Origin: Camelus dromedarius | Taxonomy: Eukaryota | DNA length: 64,000 bases | Reading direction: 5' to 3' | NCBI RefSeq assembly: GCF_036321535.1 | Contig: NC_087437.1 | Coordinates: 39,868,001-39,932,000, forward strand | Shown: piece by piece, positions 27,575 through 40,939 of the stretch | Layout: every line of letters begins with the position of its first letter | How positions within the stretch are numbered: position 1 is the stretch's first letter | Position numbers and translations under genes: made by a program | The notes under the pieces: model-generated | What the model was told of the DNA's origin: nothing | What the model saw: the letters and a program-made list of their open reading frames with translations, nothing else | The model's database searches: none

Positions 27575-27960
27575 TAATTGCAACAGCAGATCCTGAGACA
27601 AGGATTCGAGAGCAAGTTTCATAGCAGAGACAGTCTCAGGAAACACAGGTAGAGAAGTAGGAAGAGAGAGAGAACCAGAAGTAAATAAAGGGTGTGTTAT
27701 CAAGTGAGGTACCACTGAGAACTGAGGAAAACGCTGTAGATCAGCATGGTGAGCTGAGGTGAGGAAGCTGGGGGTTTCATCCACCAATTCCCATCAGTCA
27801 TCTGTTGAGAGCTGATCCCAGGGGATGTAATTCCTTGAACTTCTGACCTGCCCATGCTCAGACCCAGCCTACTCAGGCAAACCACTTGGAAGTCACGGTT
27901 AGCCTGCACGGAAATGGGGATATGGACGGGGCACTGGCCATCTGTAGTGCTGGCCCAAAC
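27575..27960 (-). mobile_element. ERVL LTR16-like solo LTR
   Basis: gcagatcctgagacaaggattcgagagcaagt...aaagggtgtgttatcaag...gaggaagctgggg...ccaccaattcccatcagtcat resembles LTR16 in reverse. Confidence 0.7.
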
Positions 27961-28169
27961 CATCATGTGAAGAAGAGATATTTCATACTCTTCTGGTTTT
28001 CTTCTTTCACTGTGCAGAGTTCGATCTAGCAATTAAAAATCACATGTGCTTGGCAAATAAAATAAATTTTTATTACCCCCTGTCCATATTATTTACCAAT
28101 TCATTTTTTTCCCAACCAAAATTTATTGTGATCTTGAAGCTAGGTTGGGTGCAGAGGACAGAGATTAAA

Positions 28170-29150
28170 ACATAAATTAAAAGCACTGTCAAAAAAGATA
28201 TACAGATTATTAGCCATAAAAGCAAAGACTGATAAAAATGACTACATTAAAATACCACCATTTCTTCATTTAGAGATAGTGTACAGAAAAGAGGAAAAAA
28301 GAAAAGTTACAAACTAGGGAAAGATATTTGAAAAGTAAGTAATTAACCAAAGATTAGTATCTAGAATATAAAAACAACTTCTAAAACAAATAAGACTAAA
28401 AAAAGAGAGAGACCCAATGGAAAGATAGGCCATATACTTAAACAGGATTTCACTAAATAGGAAACATAAAGGGCCCATAAATATATAAGAAACTCATAAA
28501 TATATAAGGAACTTTAGTTATCAGGAAAATACAAAGTAAGGTGACAATGAGATAGTATTTTACACCTCTTAGGTATAAATAGGATAATAGCAAGTGGTCT
28601 GAATATATAAAGAATGCAGGAGATCCTGCACATTGCTGGTGTGTGTGCAAACTGGCACAACTACCTTAAAAAAACCAATCTTGTTCTATCCTGTGCTATG
28701 TCCTTTGCAATAGCAATTCCACTCCTAAACACATCCTTTAGAGAAGTTCTTGTATACACATACTGGAAGACACATTTGAGGCTATTCACTTCAGCACTGT
28801 TTATATCTAAAAACTGAAAACCCAAAGGCCCATCACAAGAGAATGAATAATTAAGCTATCATATCATTCTATCATAAAATAGTATACAATGTGAAAATGA
28901 ACAACATGGATGAATCTTCAAAAGAAAATATTGCATGAAGAGAAGCAAGACCTAGATTATTTTTTTAACTCAAAAAAAAAAAAGCTAAACAGTGTATTTT
29001 TGGTAATATATACACATGCAAAAGTATTTTTTAAGTAATTGAATGATAAAGGTAACTTTCAGGGCAACAGTTCCCTCCAGAGTGAAGCAAGGGAATGAGA
29101 TAAAGAAGATGCATGTGTGGAGAGGTATGATAATACAGTCCTGTTCCACT
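28170..29150 (+). mobile_element. Ancient degraded L1M (ORF2 3' part and 3'UTR)
   Basis: gactacattaaaat...gggaaagatatttg...agattagtatctagaatatataaa...caatgagata...agcaattccactccta...aacatggatgaatct. Confidence 0.8.
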
Positions 29151-29205
29151 TCTTATGTTAGGTCATCTCATTCTTATATTCTGTTACTTGCACATATGTT
29201 ACATA

Positions 29206-30468
29206 CAGGCCCATCTTGTTCTATTGTGCTTCACTTTATTGCTCTTTGCAGATACTGTACTTTTTACAAATTGAAGGTTTGCAGCAACCCTGCATCGAGC
29301 AAGTCTATCAGCACCATTTTTCCAACAGCATTTCCTCATTTTGTGTCTCTGTCACATTTTGGAAATCCCCTCCATATCTCAAACTTGTGCACTATTATTA
29401 TATTTGTTATGGTGATCTGTAATCAGTGACCTTTGATGTTTCTACAGCTACCACTGAAGGTTCAAAGGTGGTTAGCAATTTTTAGCAAAAAAGCATTTTT
29501 TATGCTGGAGAGGGTATAGAGGAAAGGGAATCTTCCTACACTGTTGATGGGAATGTAGTTTGGTGCAGCCATTATGGAAAACAGCATGGAGATTCTTTAA
29601 AAAACTGGAAATAGACTTAACATATGATCCAGCAATCCCATTCCTGGATATATATCCAGAGGGAATTCTAATTCAAAAAGATACATGCACACCAATGTTC
29701 ATAGCAGCACTATATACAATAGCCAAGACATGAAAGCCACCTAAATGTCCATTGACAGAAAACTGGATAAAGAAGTTGTGGTATATTTATACAATGGAAT
29801 ACTACTCAGCCATGAAAAAGAATAAAATATGAGATGCCATTTGCAGCAATATGGATGGACCTGGAGATCATCATTCAAAGTGAAGTAAGACAGAAAGAAA
29901 AAGAAAAATACCGTATGATATCACTCATATATGGAATCTAAAAAAAAAAAAAAAAAAAAAAAGACACTAATGAATTTATCTAAAAACAGAAACAGACTCA
30001 CAGATATAGAAAACAAACATGGTTACCAGGGGGGAAAGGAATGGGAAGGGATAAATTGGAAGTTCGAGATTTGCAAATATTAACTACTATGTATAAAACA
30101 GATAAAAAAACAAGTTTCTTCTGCATAGCACAGGGAACTCTATTCAGTATCTTGTAGTAACCTACAATGAAAAAGAATGAAAACGAATATATGTATGTAC
30201 ATGTATGACTGAAACATTATGCTGTACACCAGAAGTTGACACATTGTAAACTAACTATACTTCAATTAATAAAGAAAGCATTTTTAATTAAAGTACATAC
30301 TTTTTTGAGACATAATTCATTGCACACTTAATAGACTACGAATACAGTGTAAGTGTAGTTTTTATATGTGTTGAGAAACCGAAAAATTTGTGTGACTCAC
30401 TTTATTTCAATACTTTCTTTATCATGGTAGTTAGGAACCAAACCCGCAATATCTCAGAGGTGTGTCTG
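29206..30468 (+). mobile_element. Internally deleted Tigger1 derivative (TcMar), split by an L1 insertion
   Basis: 5' end caggc...tacaaattgaaggtttgcagcaaccctgcatcgagcaagtctatc; 3' end ttgcacacttaatagactac...aacccgcaatatctcagaggtgtgtctg; TA dinucleotides on both sides (29204-05, 30469-70). Confidence 0.9.
29503..30274 (+). mobile_element. 5'-truncated young L1 (ORF2 C-terminus plus 3'UTR) inserted in Tigger1
   Basis: tgctggagagggt...tcctacactgttgatgggaatgta...tatgatccagcaatccca...acaatggaatactactcagcc; TSD AAAGCATTTTT at 29490-29500 and 30275-30285. Confidence 0.95.
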
Positions 30469-33400
30469 TATTACGTTACTTATATTCTTTTTGATGTATC
30501 GAGTATTACATGATAAAGGATGACTAATTAAGAAAATGATCCTTGACCGTATATAGCTCAGTCCTGTAGGGAAGACTTCTTGCGGAAATGCTAAGTGCTG
30601 TAACAGGTGAATCACAACAAAGGGGTGAGGAGTCCACAGTGAGGGCAAGAAGGGCTCATGGAGGAAGCTGGGAGAGAAGAGTACGATCTGCCAAGTGGAG
30701 ATTAACAGAAGCCTTCCAGGCAGGCAGACCGACCCAGCAAAGTATTGGAGGAAGACTGAAATGAAGCCTGCAGGCTTTATGGTGCTGAGATGGGGTGGGG
30801 CGGGGCGGGGAGTGGGGGAAATTGACACTCCAAAGAGTTTACCATGAACAAATGACAAGATCTGGGTTATTTAGAGCAAGGCACAACGCTCACACTTTCA
30901 AGGGGGCTAGTTATTGTTGCTCCTCTTTTTAGCGACGAACCACATGCCCTCCAGAGCTTTTGAAGGATAAACCACTTCTGTTTCCCACCTCAGACTGGTG
31001 GTACTGGGAGAGAGAAATGAGAAATTAAGCCCGTCTGGCTCCTTTCTGCCAGTTGCTCACCCCAGACCTATGGGTCAAGTAATCACCTCTGGATTTGTAG
31101 AGAAATTCATGCTGGGTGGTCTACCAAGGATTAAATGCCAGGATCGTTGAGAAAATTTTATCCCATTAAAGGCACAGAGGCCAGACGATCCTTCTATTTG
31201 TGGAGCTGACTATGCCTTACGTGCGCAAGTGATTTCCCAAATAGTTCAAATAACTTGGAGGAGCAGAGTGCACACTGACAAGAGGAATGCAGACAACAGT
31301 GAGTCTCATCGTACTGGATCCTGTCCTGTGCTGCCTGAGCAGACTCACATGCAGCCCAGGAGGTAAAGCTGACAGGCATCACGGGTTAGCCTGGCACTGA
31401 GGGCAGACAGACATGACCCACAGCTCTCTGGGAGAAATTCAAGGTAACCATGCCTTGGACAGAACCTTCGTCTCTAAAGGAGTGTGACCAGTCCATTCAC
31501 ATTTCTATGCTGTTTGCAAAGATTTTGTAACGTGAAAAATTATACAATGATAATGAAATCTATTACTGAGCCATACTTCCAGGGTTGATGGTAAAATGTT
31601 TTCATTCACCCTCATTTTAAAAACTTTGAACTGATACAAACTTGATATCACATTCACTGACATACATTAGTAAGAATATGCCTATTTCGCCAAACCCAAG
31701 AATTCTATCTCTAGCAAAAAAACAGAGGAGCCTATAGGAGACAGACCAGGGTTCATTTTGCGTACCCTTAGCAAAGCTGCGATGTTTTAATGCTGATAAC
31801 GTCATAGTATTATTTCCATACAGAAATAATTATCCTTAATAAATTATTCCAATGGAATTGTCTAAATTAATATCAAAAATATATGTTTTTAGTTGACAAA
31901 AATATCAGCAATAAAACATGTTTTTAGGATTTTTTCATCTCAGGTACACTTAGAGTAATTTCTGTATGCCATTAAAGTTACACTGAAGAGTGAAGTTATA
32001 CTTAAGAGTAACTTCCATATACCATTAAAGTATGAATCTAAGAATTTTAATCTTCCACTTTTGTTTTCTACAAAGCACAGAGGATGTAAAAAGCAGCTAG
32101 TAACAAGATATAAAAATGCATACTGCGTGGATGTGTAAGCATCCCAGTTAGGCAAGAGTGCTAATTTAATTTCTTCCATGCCAGCAAAGGAAGCTTCAGA
32201 TGTTTTATGTTGAGGAATCACATATTAAGGAGATAATAGAGACAGTGACCACTGATGTTTAGTGAAAGAAAATTAGTCAAAACAAATAAATAACAAGAGT
32301 TTCCTAAAAGTGAGATTACTGCAGATGAAGGTACAAAGCCAGTCTTGATGGTTTTGTACTTCCATTCCTGGACTTAAGGAGCCCCGCAACCTTGGGGAAA
32401 CCATCATCAATGAGGCCTCCAGTTTTTGGGTTTTTTTTTTTCCCATTTGCAGTTTTTGACCCTGAATATAGAATTGGTCAAATGGACCAGTGTCTTTATG
32501 GCCCCGGTTGATTTTTTCATATTGCAGCTTTTTGAGGGCAGGTCTGTATTCTTTTCAACACCCCCACAGAACCTAGTCCAGTGCCTTGCATACAACATAC
32601 TCAGTAACTACCTGCTGAATTTAAATGAGTGAACTTCTTGAAAGAGGACTCGTTCCCCCACAGTGTCAAAAACAACTATTCACAATAAGTTTGTAAAGAT
32701 GACTTCTCTATTCATAGTATTTGAAACTATTTGCCAGAACTGGGATTTCTCTCCTCCCCATCTACTTTGAAATGTCTTGGTGTCCAACAGAAAAGAATCA
32801 ATTACAAATGGAAATTCCATTTGGCTCTCTTCCTTGTGAGCAAGCTCTTTGACTCTCTTCCAAACAGCCAGCATCGAAGGCTCCATTCATGCTGCCCACA
32901 TTAGGTCCTTTCTTACACTCTCCTGTTGTCAAATGTTTATTGAGGACCTACCATGTGCAGGGCACTGCACTACTTTCTATGGCAGGAAGAGAAAAGGGAA
33001 GAAGTACAGCCCCAACCTTTCCCCCAAATTAATATTGTAATCTGAGCACTAGATTCACCTTCAGTATCTTTGCCCACCTAAGCTGCTCAGCACAGTGTTA
33101 AGCCCCAGGGAAATAAACAAACCAAAAAAAGCTCTTTCTTTGTCTGCCTTCAAATAGTTAAGGCTAAAGCTGTCTTTTGTTCCCATCATTCCACCAAAAG
33201 CCCTTCTCTAACTTTGCCAATAGCCTCCATCCCATCCAACCCAATAACTTTTGTCTTCTTCATTCTCCTGTTTGACCAGGCGTAGCTCCTGCCTATACTC
33301 TTCATGAAGGAAATGAACTTTTTCCCCTGACCACTGTCCCCCTACCTACGAGGCTGGGTCTGTTACTTGCCCTGCTCACCCAGATACCCAGCAAGCCTCC

Positions 33401-33574
33401 ATCCGGTCTTCTCTAACTGCAAGTCTCTTCTGGGGGCAGAGGGAGTGCATCCATCCAACCGCTCATAAGAATCTAGTTCTCTCTGAAGACAGAAGAGGAC
33501 TCTCGGTACTATATATGGAGCCCAGCTTCTCCTCTCTCGTAGTCAATGAGCCCTTTCCATTCACAAATGAAGAT

Positions 33575-33710
33575 CTCTCTTATATGTGGAATCTTAAAAA
33601 CATAAATCAAAAAACTGTTAGATACAGGGAACAGATTGATGGTTACTGTGGTAGGTGGGGGAGATGAAAGGTGGAAGAACTGAGTGAAGAGGGTATAAGT
33701 GTATGAAATA
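33575..33710 (+). mobile_element. L1 3'UTR fragment
   Basis: cttatatgtggaatcttaaaaa...agatacagggaacagattgatggttac. Confidence 0.7.
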
Positions 33711-34199
33711 GAAAATGTAAATAAAAATAAAACTGAAGGCTATCAGAAAATAAAAAGACTGAGTCAGTGATAGGGAAACAATCTTTCCAGCTAAACTACT
33801 GCACATTTGATGTTACGGCAGATAATCTGTACTCTAACTAATAACATATTCTTATAACTGTCTCAGTGAATCCTCAGCAAAACTAAATACCATTTCCCTC
33901 AATTTTCAAGTAAGGAAAACAAGGCACAGAGAGGTTAAGGACTATATATATATATGCATGCAGCTTGTAAGTGGCCAAGCCAGAATTCATACCCAGATCT
34001 GTTTTTTTTCCTCCATAAATGATCGATCATGTTTCATGAGAAAAGATTTTACTAGTTTAACTAGTTTTACTAATCTAACCATGTCCCCATGCTACCAAAA
34101 AACATGTACAATAAATAAAGTTGAAGAGCTAATATATGTGCAGAAATACTACACTGGAAGAAGTGAATAAAGAAAAAAAGTGGAGAATGTCTTAAAATC

Positions 34200-34560
34200 T
34201 CCAATTTTTCATTCCCAAACTCACCCCTTCCCAGCTTTCCCATAACTGCATCTCAGGACTCTTTCTTTGTGCTGACAGATGATGACTTTGGAAATATGTT
34301 TAATTTCTCCCTCATCCCAGACTCTCTTACCCAGTCTACTTTCAAATCTTTTTAACACTTCCTGAAGCATCATTTTGATCATGTCGCCCTCAATCTCAAA
34401 TCCTAGGAGGACTGTCAGGAAGACACCATAAACCTTTGCCAGAGGTTTCACATTACAGCCCATCTTTCCCCTCACAGACCCCAACACACACCTTACCAAA
34501 CTTCCTGATGCACACCCTCCACTCAACAGAAATAACGTGGACCCTCCCTATGCAGCCAGC
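34200..34560 (+). mobile_element. L2 fragment
   Basis: C/T-rich L2-like text such as tcattttgatcatgtcgccctc...aaatcct. Confidence 0.5.
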
Positions 34561-35519
34561 TTACTCTGAGTTCATATCACAAAGCTTGCTCAACTACTCT
34601 ACCAGCAGGCACTGGTTCTGGGTGCTGTGCTCCACCTTTGTCTTCATTATCTTAAATCCTGCACCACCACTCACTATGAGGTCAGTATCACCATCTCTGC
34701 CTTGCAGATAAAGAAATTAAAGCTGAGAGACTTGCCCATGATCATTCACCTGGCATCAGAACCAAGATTTGGACCCAAGTCTGGCTGACTCAAAGCGCAT
34801 GCTCTTAGGTACTGCAGGTACTACTGGCCACGTGCCCATCTGGATGGCTTATCCCAGGGCACACTCCCTGCACATGTTATTGAGGTCCACTAAATACAAA
34901 ATTAATTTAAAATGTTCCTGAATTCCCCAGATGTTTTTGTAGTATGATTTTGTCAATCAATAGATACTTAAAGGTCTATGAATTTTTCATGTTATGAAAA
35001 GGGGCCCTTACCTTTTAAAAACTGGAATCCAACTCCCTCATTTTACCGAGACTCTAGAATTTGGTTGGAAGCCTCCTTATCCCCTGGATTTAGATGAAAT
35101 TGCCTTGAGCCACTCAGTTCCTTAACCTGCGACAGTCCAAAGCCCTCACAGAGATGTCTGCCAGATCCCAGGGGTGGAAGAATTACGTCTTCTTGTCATC
35201 CTCTGCTACCCACCCTCTAGAGTTCTCCTGGTCCACCTCTCCCTCCTCCATGTTGCCTTCCTGTCAAACTCATCCTCTCATTTAGTTTCCAGAAGACAGC
35301 CAGTCAAATCAGGGATTTCGTGAGTTTTATTTGATTGGAGAAGAGAATAGGTTAAGATCACAACAAAGTGGAACTACACAATACTGTAAATCAACTATAC
35401 TTCGATTAAAAAAAGAAAGGAAGAAGACCTACTAATTAGCTAATTATTTAAATTGAAAAATATCACAACAAGGAATGTGTAGTTGTTCAATCTGAGGTAT
35501 TCAAAGACAACCAAAATAG

Positions 35520-36130
35520 ATTTCTCATTGATTCTATAAGCACCTTTATAAAGTACCTGCTGCATTCTAGACACAATGTTAATTTCTGGAAGCAAAATAA
35601 TGAAACAGACATTGTCCTTGTCCTCAGAGAACTCACAGTTGGAAACAGAGCACACAGACAGCTACTGTAACAAATGATGAGTAGACTCTTGTAAAGTACT
35701 TGGAAAAACTAAGAGGAAGAAACCACTTCAACATGGAAAGCTGGGGACGGCTACATACCAGAGCTAAAATTTTAAATAAAACATCTTCCCTGAAGACATT
35801 GCCATGTCAAGACAGCTGAGTGAGAAGAAGTGCATTCCAGGCAAAGAAAAGCATGAATGTGATTTACATATTGAAGGCCCAGTGAGCAGTTGGGTATAGA
35901 CGAAGAATAAGCATAAAAAGGGATGCAAGACATGAGGCTGAAATGGTAGGTCTGAGGCATATTATGGAAATCTTTGTTTGTGATGATAAATGGTTTGGCA
36001 GCTGGGAGTCATGACATGATCAGATCTGTATTTTGGAAAGATAACTGGAAAGTTCTTGGATGAGAGCTATGAGAGGAGAGAAATCAGAGGTTATTATAAT
36101 GGTCCTGGTAACTGATGACGAGGTGATATT
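35520..36130 (-). mobile_element. L2 3' region
   Basis: agtacctgctgcattctagacacaatg...gtccttgtcctcagagaactcacag...gcattccaggcaaaga...gacatgatcagatctgtatttt. Confidence 0.75.
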
Positions 36131-39100
36131 TAGGTCATCATTGGAACCTGACTCACAGAAGATACTCAACAAATGTTTTTACTTAATTGAATCTGTCCCT
36201 CTAGCATCCTGCTCAAATATAGCCAGCAACTGGCCTTGATACAGTATCTTTTAAAATGCCATCTACATTTTGAATGTTGAAGATGCTCAGGTGCCTGATC
36301 AGGGTTAAGATGACTTGGAACTCACTGAATATTTACAGATCATTTATCACATGCGAAGCATCATCTATACATTATCTCATTTGCTCCACACCACGACCCT
36401 TCAAGATAGCATTTTCACCATTTGACACAGGAGGAAAATGATGTCAGAGTAATTAGTGAACAAATTTATCCAACTAGGAGTTACACCAGAATTTGAATTT
36501 GATGTGTACCTAACTTCAAAATCACCTATAAATTATGGTTTGGCAGCAAAGGTCACTAGTAAAACCATATTCTCCTTGATCAAATACTGCAGAATAGGAT
36601 TCACAGGAGTGAGACAAGGATGTGCATGAGAGATCGCTGGCCTGGGAAGAGAAGTTCAGATACTGGTTCCATTTTTTACTACATATGGCAGCAAACCATA
36701 ATGAGTCAGATATTGTTATAACACGTTGCACAATTGCAATGAGGCATTCGCATCTCAACTACTCTTGGTTATTTCTAATTCAGTAATAAATCAAAGAGAT
36801 CAACTGTTTGGTGGGCTGGGGGAGGGTAGAAAGCTCATTTAACTCTTAAATACTGTTAAATATTTGATAGTATTATTAAATACTATTAGATACAGGCAGT
36901 GATGCCACTTTCCATAATACATTTGGCTCCTGTACATTGGAATCCAGACTTCTGACATTCCCACTGATAAATTTCTGACCCTGAAGTTTTATTAGAATTC
37001 AGATGTCCAAAATCTCCCTAAGCCAATCTACAAAGAATAATGTCTGTCAACAGAGAGATAGAACATCACACACATTGCCTTTAGAGTTTTAAAAACAAAG
37101 CCAAAAGAAGCTCATTTGGGAAAGGTCTTTTCTTTCTTTAAGGTGAGAGATGGAGCACAAATGAAGCATACCATGGTAAATAGGAACTGTGCTCGCTTGC
37201 AGTCATGCACTATAGCCATTAAGCCTTAAGGTCTTAAGGTACTAAGCAATGCATATGATAAATTTCTCAAAAACATCCCAGCCATAACATAGTTCTTGCT
37301 GATTGCTCATTTACCCATAATGCATGCTGTCATAGCAAAGCCTGACAAATGACAGAGAAAGCTCAGGTTATTTTTTACACTGACTGCCAAGCCCCTCACC
37401 TCAGATTATTCATTTATTAGGGCAATCACTGAGGTCTGGGTACTTAATATTGTTTTCACCAAATATGAAAATGATCTACTTGCCTATTCTTTAGTTCCTC
37501 CTAGGGCAAGCCATTTATCATCAGCTCAGGATAAATGACTGCTTCATTATAGCTATAATTTATGAGGTGTTAGAAGTAAAGAGCCACGCCTAGAGACTTA
37601 AAGCTTTAATATGGATTAAAATAAGATAATCAATCAAGCTAATACAAATTTTCTCTCAGCATTATTTCTTGTTTTGAAATAGCTTAATAATTTTGGGGGC
37701 GGGGAGGAGAGATTTTAAGCCATGTTGAATATCTCATTATCCAACAACATGCGTGTGTGTCTGAGGCAGTATGTAAATAAATATAGGAATGAGATGCTAC
37801 CAAGAAAAAGGAAATAAAACCACACCCCCAGCCGTGATGGACTGAAATCCTTATTTGCCTTAATGGTATCTGATAAACTGGAGGCCAAAGAGTTTGCAGG
37901 GCAGGTATACATTTCAGTAGGCTATTCTCTCCGATTTTCTGACTTCTCTATAAGAATGCTGTAGAAAGATCACTGCTGTTTTATTTTCCCTTGTTCTCTC
38001 TACAACAAAGTCTTTACTCTAAGGAGAAAAGCTATGTCTCAATAACATTTCAACAATTTTGCTTTCTTTTATATCTGAAGCAAGATTTCACAACTCATAA
38101 TTTGGACAAGAGCAGCTTCTTGCTGTATCTAGGGAATAAAGAGTATTTCCCACTAAAATAGCATTACGGTCTTAAATTTTTTTTTCTGGTTTGTATCTTG
38201 ATTTTATAGTTATTAGGCTTTGCCAAAACAAATATTATTTCTAAATTATGTGTCATGCTCAAAGCACTAACATAAACCTATTTGTCCACTTGAGGAAAAA
38301 GCTTTGAAGACTGTACGGGAAGTTCACAATTTAATGCTTGAAACACATACCACCGGGAAGAAAATCACCACAAGATTTAACAAATAAGCAGGCTAACGCC
38401 AAAGACACTAAGATGCTAATTAGAAAACCTTCCAAAAGTTCTTGCCATTTTCCTAAGACTGTGCTCCTTGCAGGTGAGATAAATGGAACCCCGCTGTCTC
38501 CAGGCACATCTTGAAGGATACTTCCAGCAAGGCCTGGTGACTGGAAATTACTCAGCCTTGAAATTAACATCCCTAGGAAAAACCTTTTCCTCCCCCTCTA
38601 GACAACAGCAGCTTACATCTTCAGGACAAAACAGAAAAAGAAAAAAAAAATGATGACAAGAAAGGGGCCAGAGAAGACAGTTGAAGTTATGCTGTGTTCT
38701 CCTGAAGGGCCCTTCATCTTTGATTTCAGAGAGAGTGTGGAAAACACGGAGCCTGATAATGGCTTTGGTCAACGTGGCCAATCTCCCCACTTCCTTACAC
38801 ACACGTACCACTGAGTATACCTTAAAAGAGGAAAAGCTGGGACTTTCACAAAAGCTCTGTGTCAGGAGGTGTTATTATAAATTAAGCTGAGAACCTGTAT
38901 GAGAAGAAAAGGATCTTTCACAAGCTCATAATGGGAACTGAATGCAAAAGCTGTATAATTATAATCTAGAGTATGGCAACCTATGATATAAAATATTTCC
39001 ACTTAGCATAACTGTTTTCCATTCAATATTATTTCCAGCAATAAAAGCCTCTGGAATATCACTCAGACTGGTTTACGTTTAATTCCAATCTAGGATCTTT

Positions 39101-40939
39101 GTTAGCTAAAGGGACATTTTTCAATCCAGTCATCTTTCCCCACCCTACATGTAATTCAACAACAGCACTTCAACAGGGATGAAACAATTTAAGCTCTGCA
39201 GTTGTCAGTGCATGTGTGCATGCGCTTTTCATGTCCTGTGTATTTGGACAGAAAATGATTCACTTTCTTTCTCTCTTATTTGGACTTTAGAGTTGAGATG
39301 GTTAAAAAAAAATGAAAATGCAAAATCTAGCATTCACAAATACCCAGCATCTTATTTGCAATTTAAAAGGTACTAAAAAATATATGTCTTGGCTACACAT
39401 ATAAGGAACTCTTCTTGTAAAAATAAATAAGGATACCCACTATAAAAATGCTAACCATCTTAGCTGTGAATAGGTTTCCGGTGGTTAGAGAGAGAAAGGA
39501 AAGTAGGTTAAAAAAAAACTTTGATTTGTCTGTTGGGTCTTTGCTTTGTTAGTTACATGTTTGTTTGTTTATTTGTTTAACACTGTCTATACCTCTGGGT
39601 TCTCCACCATCCATGTCATCAACTATGTCAAATTTCCTGGTTATTTCTCATGCCTATTTTTACAAGTTTCCTTATAATGAAGGAAAATATTCTGGGTCTC
39701 AAGGAACAATGTCACAGTCAGTTACATTTCATTATGCATGTGTCTTTAGTGTGTGGTATCACTGATTATTATTGTGATTTCTTTTACTATGTTAAATACA
39801 GTTGGCATGAAATACTTAAATAGTGAAATACAAGTAAGAGTTACAGAAGACACTGAAAATGTTTTAATACGGAAAAAAAATCCTCGTAGGCATGTTTAAA
39901 ATAAACATGGTTTGCCTTATGGTGGAATATATAGCAACATCATTAACTGAAAGAAGAACTACTTTTTTCCTTTATATCTGCTTCCCTGTGTATGTGATGA
40001 AATTTTCAAATAATTTCTCTCTCAAAGTACTGAAGTGTACAGTAATGCTTTTTTATATACATGATCCCTCAGAGTGGGCTTTCGCCAATAATAGTGATCA
40101 GCAAATAAAATCTCTGAATGAATCAAAGCTTCCAACAGGAATCTGATCAGTTTTGGTAAGCCACATCACCACAACTCACGCTGCATGTCCAATTACACAA
40201 CTACAGCCTGGGAGGCTGCCAGAGTGAAGCTGCCTTCATCCAAGGCCAGGTGCTAGAGGTAAGGTATGAGTCTGCTTAAGAAACACAGACCTGTTCCTCA
40301 TTTGTAGAGCAGCAATGGTATAACAACTTTAAAAAATGTGTTAGTGTATGGAAAAACCATTGATTAACTGAAATGTGCTACAGGAACCTAGGATGTAATC
40401 GTTGCTGTTAGTATTATTTCTCTGTAATCACATCACTCATCTCCCTGCATGAGCGGGTCAGAATTTTGAAGGCATTTACACTGTATTTGAATTTAGTTGA
40501 TTCAGTTGAAGGAATACAAATCAAGCACCTACCATGGAGAGGAACACAGTGCTAGGCAGAAAGAGGCTGAGTATTAAGGTGGTCAAGTCCCCGCTTTCTA
40601 GAAGCCCACAGTTTGAAACAGCCAAAATTCAGTTCTGTGCTGGCTTCACAGGGGCCAGGGGCCATGTTCCCCACAGAACCTAGGACTGACCAATAACTGA
40701 CTATACACACTTGCCATATGTTTGTTGGTGAACGAAGGAATGAACAAATGAATGAATACCAGGATACTTCGTCTGCTTGCTAAGCCTACTTATCACCCTT
40801 ATTTTTCATTATCTACTAAAATTTAGATATGAGTATCTCCATTTTTCTATAGGGTTTGAGAAACAATATTTAAAAAATCAAGTTATTTTTAATCAGCTGG
40901 GCCTAAGAAGAAGCAAAGGTAAGTAGGTAACTTCACTAT

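Noticed and set aside
29043..29429. 128-aa ORF
   Set aside because: It spans L1M and Tigger1 non-coding terminal sequence and is not a transposase.
40490..40760. Oppositely oriented L2 ends as a miR-28/151-type hairpin source
   Set aside because: The arms are too diverged and no stem is visible by eye.
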